Part shown: positions 35,423 to 49,159 of the stretch, piece after piece
How positions within the stretch are numbered: the first letter of the stretch is position 1
How the letters are laid out: each line of letters begins with the position of its first letter
Origin: Amphiscolops sp. MND2022
Lineage: Eukaryota
Direction of reading: 5' to 3'
Length of the DNA: 60,000 bases
NCBI GenBank assembly: GCA_964187785.1
Contig: OZ076409.1
Location: forward strand, 6,822,001-6,882,000
Program-made: the position numbers and the translations under genes
The notes under the pieces: generated by a model
Seen by the model: the letters and a program-made list of their open reading frames with translations, nothing else
What the model was told of the DNA's origin: nothing
The model's database searches: none

Positions 35423-38400
35423 ATTCCCTGTGTTTCGAATTTTCATTCAAGTTTCCTGAGAGGAAGCAAATCTGGAGAAATACTGCTGTACAGAAAATAA
35501 TCAGCGCATCTTGAAAACATTGTTCATAAAAACTGAAACTCGAGGAAAATGGGACAACTGATCACGATCGATCCACCAAAAATTATCCTTGGTGCCGTGC
35601 TATCTTGATACTTCTTTTGCGGTTTTTCGAATTTCCTGAGGAAATAATGGTGGCTTCATTGGATGAAAGAAGTAAACCCGGAATGAACCCAAGTCGGCGC
35701 GCATCTCAAGGTTCAAAAACAGCAAAGTCTTTTAAATACGTTCAGGACTTTCTGGAAGAAAAACATTATACTCCTGACAGTTCCGAAAAACACCCAAAGA
35801 GCGAATCTTGACGTTTTTCCTAACTGAAAAAAAATCAAGAAAACCAAAATTGAATGAATTAAAAATAAGGTCAACTTTGATACTGACAGTTGCTCGAGCA
35901 ATGGAAATTCAATTAAACTTGATCACTCGAACCAAAAGTGTGAAAAAAGTCAAGCTAAACCTTCCTGATATCATATCAGAACCCAAAATGTCTGTTGCAA
36001 TTTTTTCTCCTGTGAGTAAATCACCGGTTCTTTTCCAACCAATTCTTTCGATACTAAGCTCCGAAAATTTTTCTCCTTACTCCTTATTTTTTGACCAGCC
36101 ATACGTTTGTGAGATCATTTGTTTGGTAAAACATGGCTTGAATGTACCGTAGAAACGAAAAAGAGTGGACAGAATCAAAAAGAGGATGAAGTTAAATGAA
36201 GTTTGAAAGTTTAGAGTTTTCTGACTAAGCGGCATGGGTAATCATTACCAGTGAATTAGGTCGCTTGAAAGCAAAAGTGACGAAATATCCGAGGAAGCGC
36301 CGACAGCGAAAGCGACGACAGCTAAAGCAACGATTGAGATTTGCGCTTGCCTGATTGTTGAGAAAATTCTAGCTATTTTGGTAACAAACTTTTTCCAACA
36401 ATTAAAGTGGCATTTTTTAATACAGAGCGTTTTTCACCCGACACCAGTGCTGTTGAAGATTTGTGTTGGCGCATGACATCACAATGATCGCGCAGTAATT
36501 ATTAGTCCACTTGGCACAGTGGATCAGTCTTTGCCTTCGAACCAGCCTGCGCCAGATCGAATCTGCGACAGTGCTCTTTTTTGTTCCTTTAATTCTTTGA
36601 CCTTTAATTTGGCCTTAATATGGATCAATCACTTTGCTTGACATTAAAAATATTGCTCATTTCATGTATTGTATTTACAATCCATTGCTCACTATTGTAA
36701 ACGCACACATTTAAACAACCCGTTAGGGATCTTTTTGTTGCCATGAGCTGTAAATGTGCCATTATGTTATTCAATAACCTGTTATTGACCTGTCATCTAA
36801 CTCTAACTCCTTGAGATCAATACCGTTCATTCACACCGTCAATAAACGTTCTCAAATATAGAATTCTTGCCTTGAGTCAAGACCCAAATCGCAATAGTTT
36901 GAACTCTATCTTTGAATTCCTTTAATTTTCTGAGTTCGAACGCTTTCTTGAGTTTCCCCGTTGTAGCTTGAGCGCTTCCCCGAAACAATTAGCCTTTTGT
37001 GGTAGCTTGTTGACCAAGGGGAGTAACAGATCGAAAATTTACATGTTGTTGAGAAATTGCAGATATTGAAAACCTAAATTTGCTGAGCCAATTGTTTTCC
37101 CGAAAAGCGCTGCGTAAGCGTTATCTGGTGAGTCATAAACGCAACAAGCGATCAGCGTGGTTTTTGGTAAACCCTACACTATGGCATAAAAAGATAGGTA
37201 CCAAAGGTTATTTTTTGAAAGGAACATTTTTAACAGAAATCATTACTTTATTCAATCAATTTAGCAGTTTAGTATGCAATTGCTACGCCTTTCACCCTTT
37301 CCGATTATACTTTCCATAGTGTGATAATCCTCTGCATCGGATTCTTCGTTTGAATGTATCGTTACGTCTACGTGTGATTCGTATTGGAATAATGGTCTTG
37401 CAGGGTGTTTTAAGACCTACATTTTCGAAGCTCGAAGAGGATAATCGCCATTTTCAGAGTCTGAAATTTTGTTTTTAGATGCGTGAACTCCTATAGATCT
37501 ATCATTTCTGGACCCCGAAGGTTGTGGATCTTGTATCTCATTAACATCCGACCTGGGATTTGTCACTGTCGATGCACTTTTGTTGTGCTTCATTTCTTTC
37601 AGAATCGCTTCTAGTTTGTTATCCATTTCTTCTCTCATTTTCTCTATTCTTTCAGTATTTTTCCGTTCATTTATCTGCGTCCAAACTTGTATTTCATCAC
37701 TTATCTGGCTGGGTTCTCTAAGTTGGTTTTCCTAGTTAGGTTTACCTAAACTTTCTTGAACATCCATATTAGAATTATTCAATGTTATTTTACTTGTTTC
37801 TAGAACTCGTCCCTAGTTCCATTCACTTCTCTGTCGGGGGATAGGCTTGCTAGTCTCCTCGACCTTCGATTTCTCTTATTTCCCATTTCACTCAGTGGAA
37901 AACATTTTATGTTTGCTGGGGAAGAATTTGAAATATCTTTCGTATTCGAAATCCAGACTTGGATGAAAACAGTGAAAATGATAGAAATGTTAGCAATGGT
38001 TTGAAGAAATTGTATCAACTGCTCTTGATGGGAGTTATTTCGTTGTGTACCCCATTTACAGATCCTCTTTTCCAAATTCACAGAAGAATGACAAGCATTT
38101 TAATGAATATCATAGAATCCTGGAAAACCAAAGAGAAAATAACGTCAGCTTTACGTCATTCTATTTATATCGCTCCCACAATGATGCAGATGTGACTAAC
38201 TGGTCTTAAGACCCTAGGAAAACACTGCGAGATGATATATTAAACACCACAATTGCTGTTTGATGATGTATAAATACATGACAATCGAATACTGCACTTT
38301 TAACTGGAAAATGTATGTTACCGCATATACGTTATATCTTGAACCGTACGATGACGTATGACTCCTATGAACAATATTATCAAAAGCGAACAAAAAGATA

Positions 38401-41400
38401 TTTACATTACAATTCATTTCGTATGATAGCTAGCAGATTTATTGTAAAAAGCGTATGATGCCGGATGTCCGTCACAATTCAAGCCGCATGATCATGTATG
38501 ATGATAATGATAAAAACGTATGTTACCGCATATACTGATCATCTAAAAACGCATATTAACGCATACTCAAAAACCGCTTGGTAACGCGTAAAAATTCAAA
38601 ATTTATTTTACGCATAATGGCGTATTTTCATAACGTCTTTTTGTGTATAGTGACGCATTTTTGGTATTTGTAAAGCGCTTCTTGATGCTTATTCAGTGTC
38701 CTGATTTCAGCACGATTACGTATATTGAAAAACAAAAATCACAGATTAATCATGCTTATGTAATTTTCAGCACATGTTGCATTTATGAATGAGATTCAAA
38801 TCAGTCAAGCAGCTTTGAAGTACTTAGAAACCAGTCCTAAAGGAGAATCATCAAAAAGAACAAACAAGTAATTTACATGACAAGGCAAAAATATCATCAG
38901 AATTAGTTTTAATGGGGTTTAAGGTGTTTATTTACTGATTTCTTCAGGTGTTCCTTTTTCACAGCTGACTACGGAGCCATCGCATCTCGAGGGACGCGAC
39001 ACATAGATTCATATTGTTTTGCTAAAGTCTCTTATTTCACCTTTTCCTGCATTTCATCACTTTTCCCCTAAACCACATATCTTCAGTGTCAATAGGAATT
39101 TCAACACAATAGATGAAAACAGCAAAAGCAAAAATCTTCAAGATTAGAAAACGTAACATGCTCTCAGTTAAAAAGTTTTACTAGTGAAAATTCGGTCAGA
39201 ATATCTTTTGTTTTCTCCAAATTGTAGTTTTTGACCTTCCTGATGTGTTCAATGGCAAAATTTCGTTTTTGCTTTTTCATTCATTCCCTGTGTTTTGAAT
39301 TTCCATTCAAGTCTCCTCAGAGGAAGAAAATCTGTAGATCTTCAGCATCAACAACGCTGGAGAAATTCTGCTGTACATAAAATAATCAGCGCATCTTGAA
39401 AACATTGTTCGTAAAAACTGAAACTCGAGGAAAATGGGACAACTGATCACGATCGATCCACCAAAAATGATCCTTGGTGCTGTGCTATCTTGATACTTCT
39501 TTTGCGGTTTTTCGAATTTCTTGAGGAAATAATGGTGGCTTCATTGGATGAAAGAAGTAAACCAGGAATGAACCCAAGTCGGCGCGCATCTCAAGGTTCA
39601 AAAACAGCAAAGTCTTTTAAATACGTTCAGGACTTTCTGGAAGAAAAACATTATACTCCTGACAGTTCCGAAAAACACCCAAAGAGCGAATCGTGACGTT
39701 TTTCCTAACTGAAAAAAGAATCAAAAAAACCAAAATTGAATGAATTTAAAATAAGGTCAACTTTGATACTGACAGTTGCTCGAGCAATGGAAATTCGATT
39801 AAATTTGATCACTCGAACCAAAAGTGTGAAAAAAGTCAAGCTAAACCTTCCTGATATCATATCAGAACCCAAAATGTCTGTTGCAATATTTTCTCCTGTG
39901 AGTGAATCACCAGTTCATTTCCAACCAATTCTTTCGATACTAAGCTCCGAAAATTTTTTCCTTACTCCTTATTTTTTGACCAGCCATACGTTTGTGAGAT
40001 CATTTGTTTGGTAAAACATGGCTTGAATGTACCGTAGAAACGAGAAAGAGTGGACAGAATCAAAAAGAGGAAGAAGTTAATAGAAGTTTGAAAGTTTAGA
40101 GTTTTCTGACTAAACGGCATGGGCAATCATTACCAGTGAATTAGGTCGCTTGAAAGCAAAAGTGACGTAATATCCGAGGAAGCGCCGACAGCGAAAGCGA
40201 CAACAGCTAAAGCAACGATTGAGATTTGCGCTTGCCTGATTGTTGAGAAAATTCTAGCTATTTTGGTAACAAAAATTTTCCAACAATTAAAGTGGCATTT
40301 TTTAATACAGAGCGTTTTTCACCCGACACCAGTGCTGTTGAAGATTTGTGTTGGCGCATGACATCACAATGATCGCGCAGTAATTATTAGTCCACTTGGC
40401 AGAGTGGATCAGTCTTTGCCTTCGAACCAGCCTGCGCCAGATCGAATCTGCGACAGTGCTCTTTTTTGTTCCTTTAATTCTTTGACCTTTAATTTGGCCT
40501 TAATATGGATCAATCACTTTGCTTGACATTAAAAATTTTGCTCATTTCATGTATTGTATTTACAATCCATTGCTCAGTATTGTAAACGCACATATGTAAA
40601 CAACCCGTTATGGATCTTTTTGTTGCCATGAGCTGTAAATGTGCCATTATGTTATTCAATAACCTGTTATTGACCTGTCATCTAACTTTAACTTCTTGAG
40701 ACCAATACCGTTCATTCACACAGTCAATAAACGTTCTCAAATATAGAATTCTTGCCTTGAGTCAAGACCCAAATCGCAATAGTTTGAACTCTATCTTTGA
40801 ATTCCTTCAATTTTCTGAGTTCGAACTCTTTCTTGAGTTTCCCCGTTGTAGCTTGAGCGCTTTCCCGGAACAATTAGTCTTTTGTGGTAGCTTGTTGACC
40901 AAGGGGAGTAACAGATCGAAAATTTACATGTTGTTGAGAAATTGCAGATATTGAAAACCTAAATTTGCTGAGCCATGTTTCTTTCCCGAAAAGCGCTGCG
41001 TAAGCGTTATCTGGTGAGTCATAAACGCAACAAGCGATCAGCGTGGTTTTTGGTAAAACCTACACTATGGCATAAAAAGATAGGTACCAAAGGATATTTT
41101 TTGAAAGGAACATTTTTAAACAGAAATCAATACTTTATTCAATCAATTTAGCAGTTTAGTATGCAATTGCTACGCCTTTCACCCTTTCCGATTATACTTT
41201 CCATAGTGTGATAATCCTCTGCATCGGATTCTTCGTTTGAATGTATCGTTACGTCTACGTGTGATTCGTATTGGATTAATGGTCTTGCAGGGTGTTTTAA
41301 GACCTTCATTTTCGAAGCTCTAAGAGGATAATCGTCATTTTAAGAGTCTGAATTTTTGTTGTTAGATGCGTGAACTCCTATAGATCTATCATTTCTGGAC

Positions 41401-43172
41401 CCCGAAGGTTGTGGATCTTGTATCTCATTAACATCCGACCTGGGATTTGTCACTGTCGATGCACTTTTCTTGTGCTTCATTTCTTTCAGAATCGCTTCTA
41501 GTTTGTTATCCATTTCTTCTCTCTTTTTCTCTATTCTCTCAGTATTTTTCCGTTCATTTATCTGCGTCCAAACTTGTATTTCATCCCTTATCTGGCTGGG
41601 TTCTCTAAGTTGGTTTTCCTAGTTAGGTTTACCTAAACTTTCTTGAACATCCATATTAGAATTATTCAATGTTATTTTACTTGTTTCTAGAACTCGTCTC
41701 TAGTTCCATTCACTTCTCTGTCGGGGGATAGGCTTGCTAGTCTCCTCGACCTTTGATTTCTCTTATTTCCCATTTCACTCAGTGGAAAACATTTTATGTT
41801 TGCTGGGGAAGAATTTGAAATATCTTTCCGTATTCGAAATCCAGACTTGGATGAAAACAGTGAAAATGATAGAAACGTTAGCAATGGTTTGAAGAAATTG
41901 TATCAACTGCTCTTGATCGGAGTTATTTCGTTATGTACTCCATTTACAGATCCTCTTTTCCAAATTCACTGAAGAATGACAAGCATTTTAATGAATATCA
42001 TTGAATCCTGGAAAACCAAAGAGAAAATAACGTCAGCTTTACTTCATTCTATTTATATCGCTCCCACAATGATGCAGATGTGACTAACTGGTCTTAAGAC
42101 CCTAGGAAAATACTGCGAAATGATATATTAAACACCACAAATGCTGTTTGATGATGTATAAATACATGACAATCGAATACTGCACTTTTAACTGGAAAAT
42201 GTATATTACCGCATATACGTTTTATCTTGAACCGTAGGATGACGTATGACTCGTATGAACTTTATTATCAAAAGCGAACAAAAAGATATTTACATCACAA
42301 TTCATTTCGTATGATAGCTAGCAGATTTATTGTAAAGAGCGTATGATGCCGGATGTCCGTCACAATTCAAGCCGCATGATCATGTATGATGATAATGATA
42401 AAAATGTATGTTACCGCAAATACTGATCATCTAAAAATGCATATTAACGCATACTCAAAAACCGCTTGGTAACGCGTAATAATTCAAAATTCTTTTTACG
42501 CATAATGGCGTATATTCATAACGTCTTTTTGTGTATAGTGACGCATTTTTGGTATTTATAAAGCGCTTTTTGATGCTTATTCATTGTCCTGATTTCAGCA
42601 CGATTACGTATATTGAAAAACAAAAATCACAGATTAATCATGCTTATGTAATTTTCAGCACATGTTGCATTTATGAATGAGATTCAAATAAGTCAAGCAG
42701 CTTTGAAGTACTTAGAAACCAGTCCTAAAGGAGAATCATCAATAAGAACAAACAAGTAATTTACATGACAAGGCAAAAATATCATCAGAATTAGTTTTAA
42801 TGGGGTTTAAGGTGTTTATTTATTGAGTTTCTTCAGGTGTTCCTTTTCCACAGCTGACTACGGAGCCATCGCATCTCGAGGGACGCGACACATAGATTCA
42901 TATTGTTTTGCTACAGTCTCTTATTTCACCTTTTCCTGCATTTCATCAATTTTCCCCTAAACCACATACCCTCAGTGTCAATAGGAATTTCAACACAATA
43001 GATGAAAACAGCAAAAGCAAAAATCTTCAAGATTAGAAAACGTAACATGCTCTCAGTTAAAAAGTTTTACTATTGAAAAAATTTGATCAGAATATCTTTT
43101 GTTTTCTCCAAATTGTAGTTTTTGACCTTCCTGATGTGTCCAATGGCAAAATTTCATTTTTGCTCTTTCATT
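35423..43172. repeat. Tandem duplication of a ~3.9-kb unit (35423-39282 and 39283-43172)
   Basis: Colinear, high-identity copies; duplicated ORFs such as 35605/39490 and 37800/41687. Confidence 0.95.
37290..37890 (-). pseudogene. Decayed ORF, possibly a Gag N-terminal relic of another Gypsy family (duplicate at ~41170-41775)
   Basis: Basic start MGNKRNRRSRR and helical REEMDNKLEAILKEM, organised like the MPSTRRQKAK...SQEMDSMM Gag start. Multiple stops. Confidence 0.35.
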
Positions 43173-43236
43173 GCTGCTAATCGAAGGAACGAAAACAGAC
43201 AACTATCCTAACTTTCTGTGTCAGTAATCATTCAAA

Positions 43237-44418
43237 CACATTATGGTATTAAAAAGATAGGTCCCCAAAAATTTGACCGACTTCTTAACTCTGCCTGAAT
43301 TTCAAAACTTCAAAACGGAAGTTTACATTGTTCAAACAGTTCAAAGCTTACAGTTCAAACGTTGTTTTTCTTCTCATGGGAAAGCGAAAATGGCTTGGCT
43401 CTCATTTTGTTTTGCCAAATTGTTTCAATAGAAAGTGTTGAATTATTTTATCGAGAGATTCAAGAGAAGCTCAAAACTAAATCAAAATCTACAGTTTCAA
43501 ATGCCTACTTACGTTACAAAAGAAGAAGAATGTTAAAAACCCTACTGGCAGGCCAAAAAACTTACAGAAAAACACAAAAAGAAGCTCGTAACCGATGTTT
43601 TAAAGAATCCCATGATGAGTTTGGGAAAATGAGAGTATACTTCTTTAACCCATTCTCGACCGAGAAATTCATTTCGAGGTAGACAGTTCGAAAGATTTTG
43701 AGGAAACACGGAATTAGAAGCCGGATTGCAGCTCAAAAGTTAAATTCAAAGCGCGAACACAAGATTAGTCGTCAAAAATGGTGTAAATTGATGAAAAATA
43801 GGCCTTTCAGTCACTGAAAGAAAATGGTCTTTACCAACAAAACTCGCGTAAGATTATCAAGTCATGGGATCGAGAGAGTTTTAAGAAAAAATGGAACAAG
43901 GTACAAGGTAGAAAACTAGAAAGAAAGTTAGCAGAGAAAAAAACGCTTATGTTTTGGGAAGCAATACGTTTTGATTGCCGCAAACTTCTTATTGAATGCT
44001 CGAACAACTTGAACAGTGATGAATATCTGAAAGTTTTGCAAAAGTACCGAGAAAATCTTTTTTTTTGATTACATAGTTTATCAGCAAGACAACACCCCTA
44101 TCCATAAAGTGAAGAAAATTATGGACTATTTTGCTGAAAACAGCTGGAAAATCTTGGATTGGCCTGCATTTAGCCCTAACCTGAACCTCAATGAGAATAT
44201 GTGGGCCATTATTAAAGAACAATTGCGCAAACAATCAGTTTCGTGAGAAAAATTAGAAGAAAAAAGACTGGAAATTTGGAACAATATTGATCAAGAAACT
44301 GTAGCAAATGGATACTAAACTGCTACATTGATTGAATAAAGTATTGATTTCTGTTACAAATGTTCTTTTCCATTTGTGGTGGAAACCCAAGTGGTACCTA
44401 TCTTTTTACACAATAGTG
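43237..44418 (+). mobile_element. Decayed Tc1-like (DD34E) transposon
   Basis: Fragments VRKILRKHGI, KMVFT, LMFW, QQDNTPIH and LDWPAFSPNLNLNENMW. Imperfect TIRs around AAAAAGATAGGT, with TA at the right end. Confidence 0.85.
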
Positions 44419-45160
44419 TAGGTTTTGTTAAAAACCGCGCTGATCGCTTGTTGCGTTTATGACTCACCATATAAGGCTTAAGCTGCGCTTTTCGGGAAAA
44501 AAACATGGCTCAGCAAATTTAGGTTTTCAAAAGCTGCAATTTCTCAACAACATGTAAAATTTCGATCTGTTACTCCCTTTCGTCGACAAAATACCACAAA
44601 AGACAAATCTTCAACAGCACTGGTGACGGGTGAAAAACGCTCTGTATAAAAAATGCCACTGTAAATGTTGGAAAACTTTTTTTACCAAAATCGCTAGAAT
44701 TTTCTCAACAATCAGGCAAGCGCAAATCTCAGTCGTTGCTTTTGCTGTCGTCGCTTTCGCTGTCGGCGCTTCCTCGGATGTTACGTCACTTTTACTTTCA
44801 AGCGACCTAATTCACCGGTAATGATTGCCCATGCCGTTTAGTCAGAAAACTCTAAACTTTCAAACTTCTATTAACTTCTTCCCTCTTTTTGATTCTGTCC
44901 ACTCTTTCTCGTTTCTACGGTACATTCAATCCACGTTTTACCAAACAAATAATCTCACAAGCGTATGGCTGGTCAAAAAATAAGGAGTAAAGATAAAATT
45001 TTTCGGAGCTTAGTATCGAACGAATTGGTTGGAAAAAAACCGGTGATTTACTCACAGGAGAAAATATTGCAACAGACATTTTGGGTTCTGATAGGATATC
45101 AGGAAGGTTTAGCTTGAATTTTTCACCCTTCCGGTATGAGTGATCAAATATAATCGAATT
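44300..45160 (-). repeat. Inverted partial third copy of the tandem unit
   Basis: Reverse complement of ~41165-40885 joined to ~40345-39810. Confidence 0.85.
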
Positions 45161-45366
45161 TTAATTCGAAAATGGGAAATATATCCTTCATTTCGCTCAT
45201 TTCTTGCGGTCAGAAAAAAAAGTAAAGCTATAAAACTTTATTCGAAACTTTTCGGGTGAGTATATAAAATTTCTCGGAGTTTAGTGTCGAACGAATTGGT
45301 TAAAAAGAAACCAATATCGTTTTCAGAATCTCTTGATCGTAACTTTTTTTAAATGAAAATGATTAC

Positions 45367-46005
45367 CAATTTGAATACATTCAGCGTAAGTAAGTGATTT
45401 TTTGTGAGTTATGAAAACGTTTGAAATTTTAAATGATTGTTTGTGTTCGTCCAAATCAGTTTCAAGTTTGATTACAGATTTTTTGGAACCTACAAAATGC
45501 AAAAAAGTTTAATTAGCGGCTCTTCTCTGTTTTTCCCACCACCCAAACTTTTGAGATTGATATTCTTTGAAAATTTCAGATTAGCCTAAATAAAAGTAAA
45601 TTCTTTCATAACAGGAAGTTATCGTCTATTAGAATATTTTTGTTTGACAGAACACTTTTAACGCATTTTGACTATAAGTATGTTTGTATCAACTGCTTTT
45701 TTGTGACTCAAAACAGGAAGCTGTTGAACTTCTTATAAAACTGCGTGAATTCACAAGGAAAAAACTGTGAACGAAGTTTGTATCTGGCTTCTAAACTGTC
45801 ACCACACAAGTAAATTTAAAATTAAAGGTTTCTGGCTGGTAATCAAATCTTTTTGCTATAATATTATCATTAATTTCAAAACAAAATTGGTGGTGGGTGT
45901 TAGAAAAGATCCTAATTAGCACTAACCTCCGTGAACGCTGGTATTATCGGTGAAAAGCGCCATCAAGATGAATGAAACAGCCAAGACTTTCCAAATATGG
46001 TTCAT
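45367..46005 (-). CDS. First two coding exons (46005-45927, 45489-45367) of a probable secreted host protein
   Basis: CAAAAATG start and signal-peptide-like MNHIWKVLAVSFILMALFTDNTSVHG. GTTAGT donor, CTAAT...TTTTGTAG acceptor, and an open phase 1-1 second exon. Confidence 0.55.
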
Positions 46006-46410
46006 TTTTGTCAGAATTAAGTAGTAGTAAACTACGATATGCTTAATTACAACTGAATGATGCGGAAAAACACTGAAAGTGAATTTTACTGTTTCTCGAG
46101 TATGTCCCATCTGAAACTGAAGTGGATAATTTGCCAGATGGAAAGTTGGCTGAGAAATATGTGTATATGGATTTGTGCTTTGAAACGTTGTAATGAAAGG
46201 TCACTCAGCGTTTCAGGAAATGTTTTCGACAAAGATTCCTATTTTCTGGAACGACAAAATCGATGAAAATATATTAATGCTGGTCTTTTCAAGAACATTT
46301 TCGGCACTGATAGGAAGTGCATAACCAATTTTTTCAAGCTTTTTAACTACCGAGTTTTGGCACTCCGAGTTGAAACTTTTCTATGTTTGAATTTTTTTCT
46401 ATGTTTTTTC

Positions 46411-46607
46411 GGATCTTTTCTGTTAATCCCCCCACCAATTTAATTTCCCCAGTTAAGCGTTCAAGTGAAATTATCATTGAATTAATAGTAACAACCAATC
46501 AAAGTGCAGTATTTTGTACCTCTAACTGCAACTGAAACTCATCGCTGATAGTGGTGGGGAATTAAAATTTCCGTGCTTACTGTTGGGGGATTAACAGAAA
46601 AGGTTCC
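46411..46607. mobile_element. ~200-bp MITE (uninterrupted copy of the element split at 56373-59385)
   Basis: TIRs GGATCTTTTCTGTTAATCCCCC / GGGGGATTAACAGAAAAGGTTCC. Confidence 0.75.
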
Positions 46608-48348
46608 TTTTTCTGTTATCCCCCTCCCTTACGTAAAATTTGACGACTCTCTTCCTTTTTTGACATAACTGATACAGGGACTGCAAATACACGCCGAATC
46701 TGCTAAGTGAGAGAATGCGATGCAACTTCTGCAACTCGTGTGGAAATTGCTTGAACCTTTTGTATGTATTTCAATGTTACCAGCAACGTTTTTTAAGATT
46801 TTCTAAAAGTCTTACCGAAACTTTCATGCAAAAATATTCCCATGTTGTATTCGACTTTCATCAAGCTGCTTGAAAAATTCATCAAAGTTTTGGCGGCAAT
46901 TTCAAACCTTGAAATTTTGCAGGTTTCAATACGAAACAGTTCTGATTTTGAAAGCAAAGAAGTTGATATCAGTTGAGACGCAAATTAAACGCAAAATAAC
47001 ATCAGTCGGGTAATAATTTGCAAATAACTTTTGAATTACTGCAATTGTTTAGCCTCCATTTGAGAAGCGATGATCACATCAGAAAAGTAGTTGAGAAAAC
47101 AAAAAATGAATACAGAGTGATTGTGTCGGTAAAGAAATTGGATTCATTTTCAAATCTAAATGCAGTAGTGGAGACTGCAGTTTAATTCTACAAGATTTAC
47201 CACTGGAACCTTACTGAATCTTGTAGGTTTTATAAACAACCACCCTGCATGGAGGACTGTGGTATGCAAAGAGTTCCAGCAGTCTCAACTAGGAAAACAA
47301 ATAACCTTTTTAAGTGTCGTAAAGTTTGCGTTTGTCAATAGGCCTAATTTTCCATCTAGGGGGAAATAACAGAAATCAACCATTGGATTTCTGAAAATAA
47401 TTGGAAAAGGAATTTTGACGGTTGCATGTTGAATTCTCAAACTATACGAAAAACTCCTAGGTTGAAACCTTCTAAAAACGAAGTCAAAACATTGATTGCA
47501 TGATTCGGCCTTCCACTTTACGGAACGGTTCGCGCCCCTACTGGTCAGGTTGCTTAAAGAATAGCCGCTGGACCATTAGCGGCACGTCGCTTCGCTGCTT
47601 TAAGAGCACTATCTGTGAACGTAGCTACTGGAGGTTCACTAATTCAGGAGATTTCGGTCGAGGAGAATTTAACTTTGGAGTTTTCAACTTGATGATTTTA
47701 AGCTGGTGATATACCAGCTTGGTGATTTTGAGCTGGTATTACTTTTGACGGTCATTATTTTTTCACTGAAGCTGGCGACTTGCGTTGATTACATTTGTAG
47801 CACTAAATTTTTGGTAGAGTTTGTGCTGAAGATCGGACATGGCTAATTCAAAACTAGGTAAATGTACATGCTGATAGCACAGAGGTAAAATGCTGGGCTA
47901 GGCTATACAGAAATTCACGCTGAAAGACCATTAAATTTCACACTTCCGTGTCACGCTAATTTCTGTCCAATTTCACTCTAATTTCGACATGCTGGGCTGT
48001 TAACAATCAGTTGATATTAGATCGCATCACGATCTTGCCTAATGCTACAAAAATGTTCCACAGGTGGCACACAGCGGAAGCTGCAGATGCCAATTCCATG
48101 GTCCGTTGGTGGGATTTGGGTGGTTCATCGGAGAACATTGATAGATAGCCGTCGATTGCCAAAACTGATCACAATTCAGAGAGATTGTAACAATGAGTGT
48201 TGACCAGAAAACTTTCAAAATATAACTCTGTTTTTCGAAACCAAGCAAAAGAGTGAAAATTATTGGTTATTCAACAAAATTCAATAGTCCATCACGCAAC
48301 AAACAAGTGAATCTTTCTGACCTATAGTGTCATTACTACTGAATTGTG

Positions 48349-48770
48349 TTTTTTAGTCGGCGCTTTTATTAATGAAAGACCCCACTTGTTTTTTCTTTTT
48401 TCTTAAGACAGACTCGAAGCGACGAACGTTAACATTCAACTAAAGGAAACTAAATACCAGAGAAACGCAACGGTCCTCCCTTTCGTAAACGTAAACCTAC
48501 AAAACCGGACGGGACTAAAGGGCCCCTATTTCGATTTTTTCGGCACTGTGCGACTTTTTTTCGAAAAGTTTTTTGTCTCCAAAGGGTCCCACATTTGGTT
48601 TTTTACTTTTTAAACTTAGTCTACAAAACCGAATGAGTGTAAAGGGTCCCACCTTTCGGTTTTTTCCGACATTGCGGTTTTTTCTATAACTTTTTTGTCT
48701 CCAAAGGGTCCCCTCTTCGATTTTATTTGAGCCTTAGATACGGCGCCGACTTGAGACGTTCCCGTCTTGT
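48349..48770 (+). mobile_element. Helentron-like (HINE-type) repeat
   Basis: AGTCGGCGC (48355) and GCGCCGACT (48743) subterminal inverted repeats, then hairpin GAGACG-TTCC-CGTCTT and GT. Confidence 0.75.
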
Positions 48771-49159
48771 CTTGGTTCTAGGGAAGAGTCGTACGTTCAG
48801 GTCGTCGTTATTTCTCGTTAGAACCCGGCAGATATTTTACCAAACAGGATGGATCATGTCGTTGTGTTGTTTGCTTTAAAACCCAAAGCCTTTCTTCGCT
48901 ACCTCCTCTGAAATTTTCCTAAAATCGTTCAGGATTGTTCTCGAAGGAATTGGTTTCTGAACAGGTTCCAGGAAGATTTCGGTAATTATACCATTTCAAG
49001 GCAAAACTAATCAAAACCTCGTACTCATTTATCAAACTCAGATCAAATTTAAACAAATAGTGAAAAGTAAAATGGATTTAATCAAAAGGAAAATGAGTGG
49101 AACAAACCGTAAATCTCAGATGGAATTAAACAAACCTAAATGAAAGTAACCAGAGTTGA

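Noticed and set aside
36505..36575. tRNA-like sequence (also ~40390-40460)
   Set aside because: Degenerate B box and no cloverleaf; at most an old SINE head.
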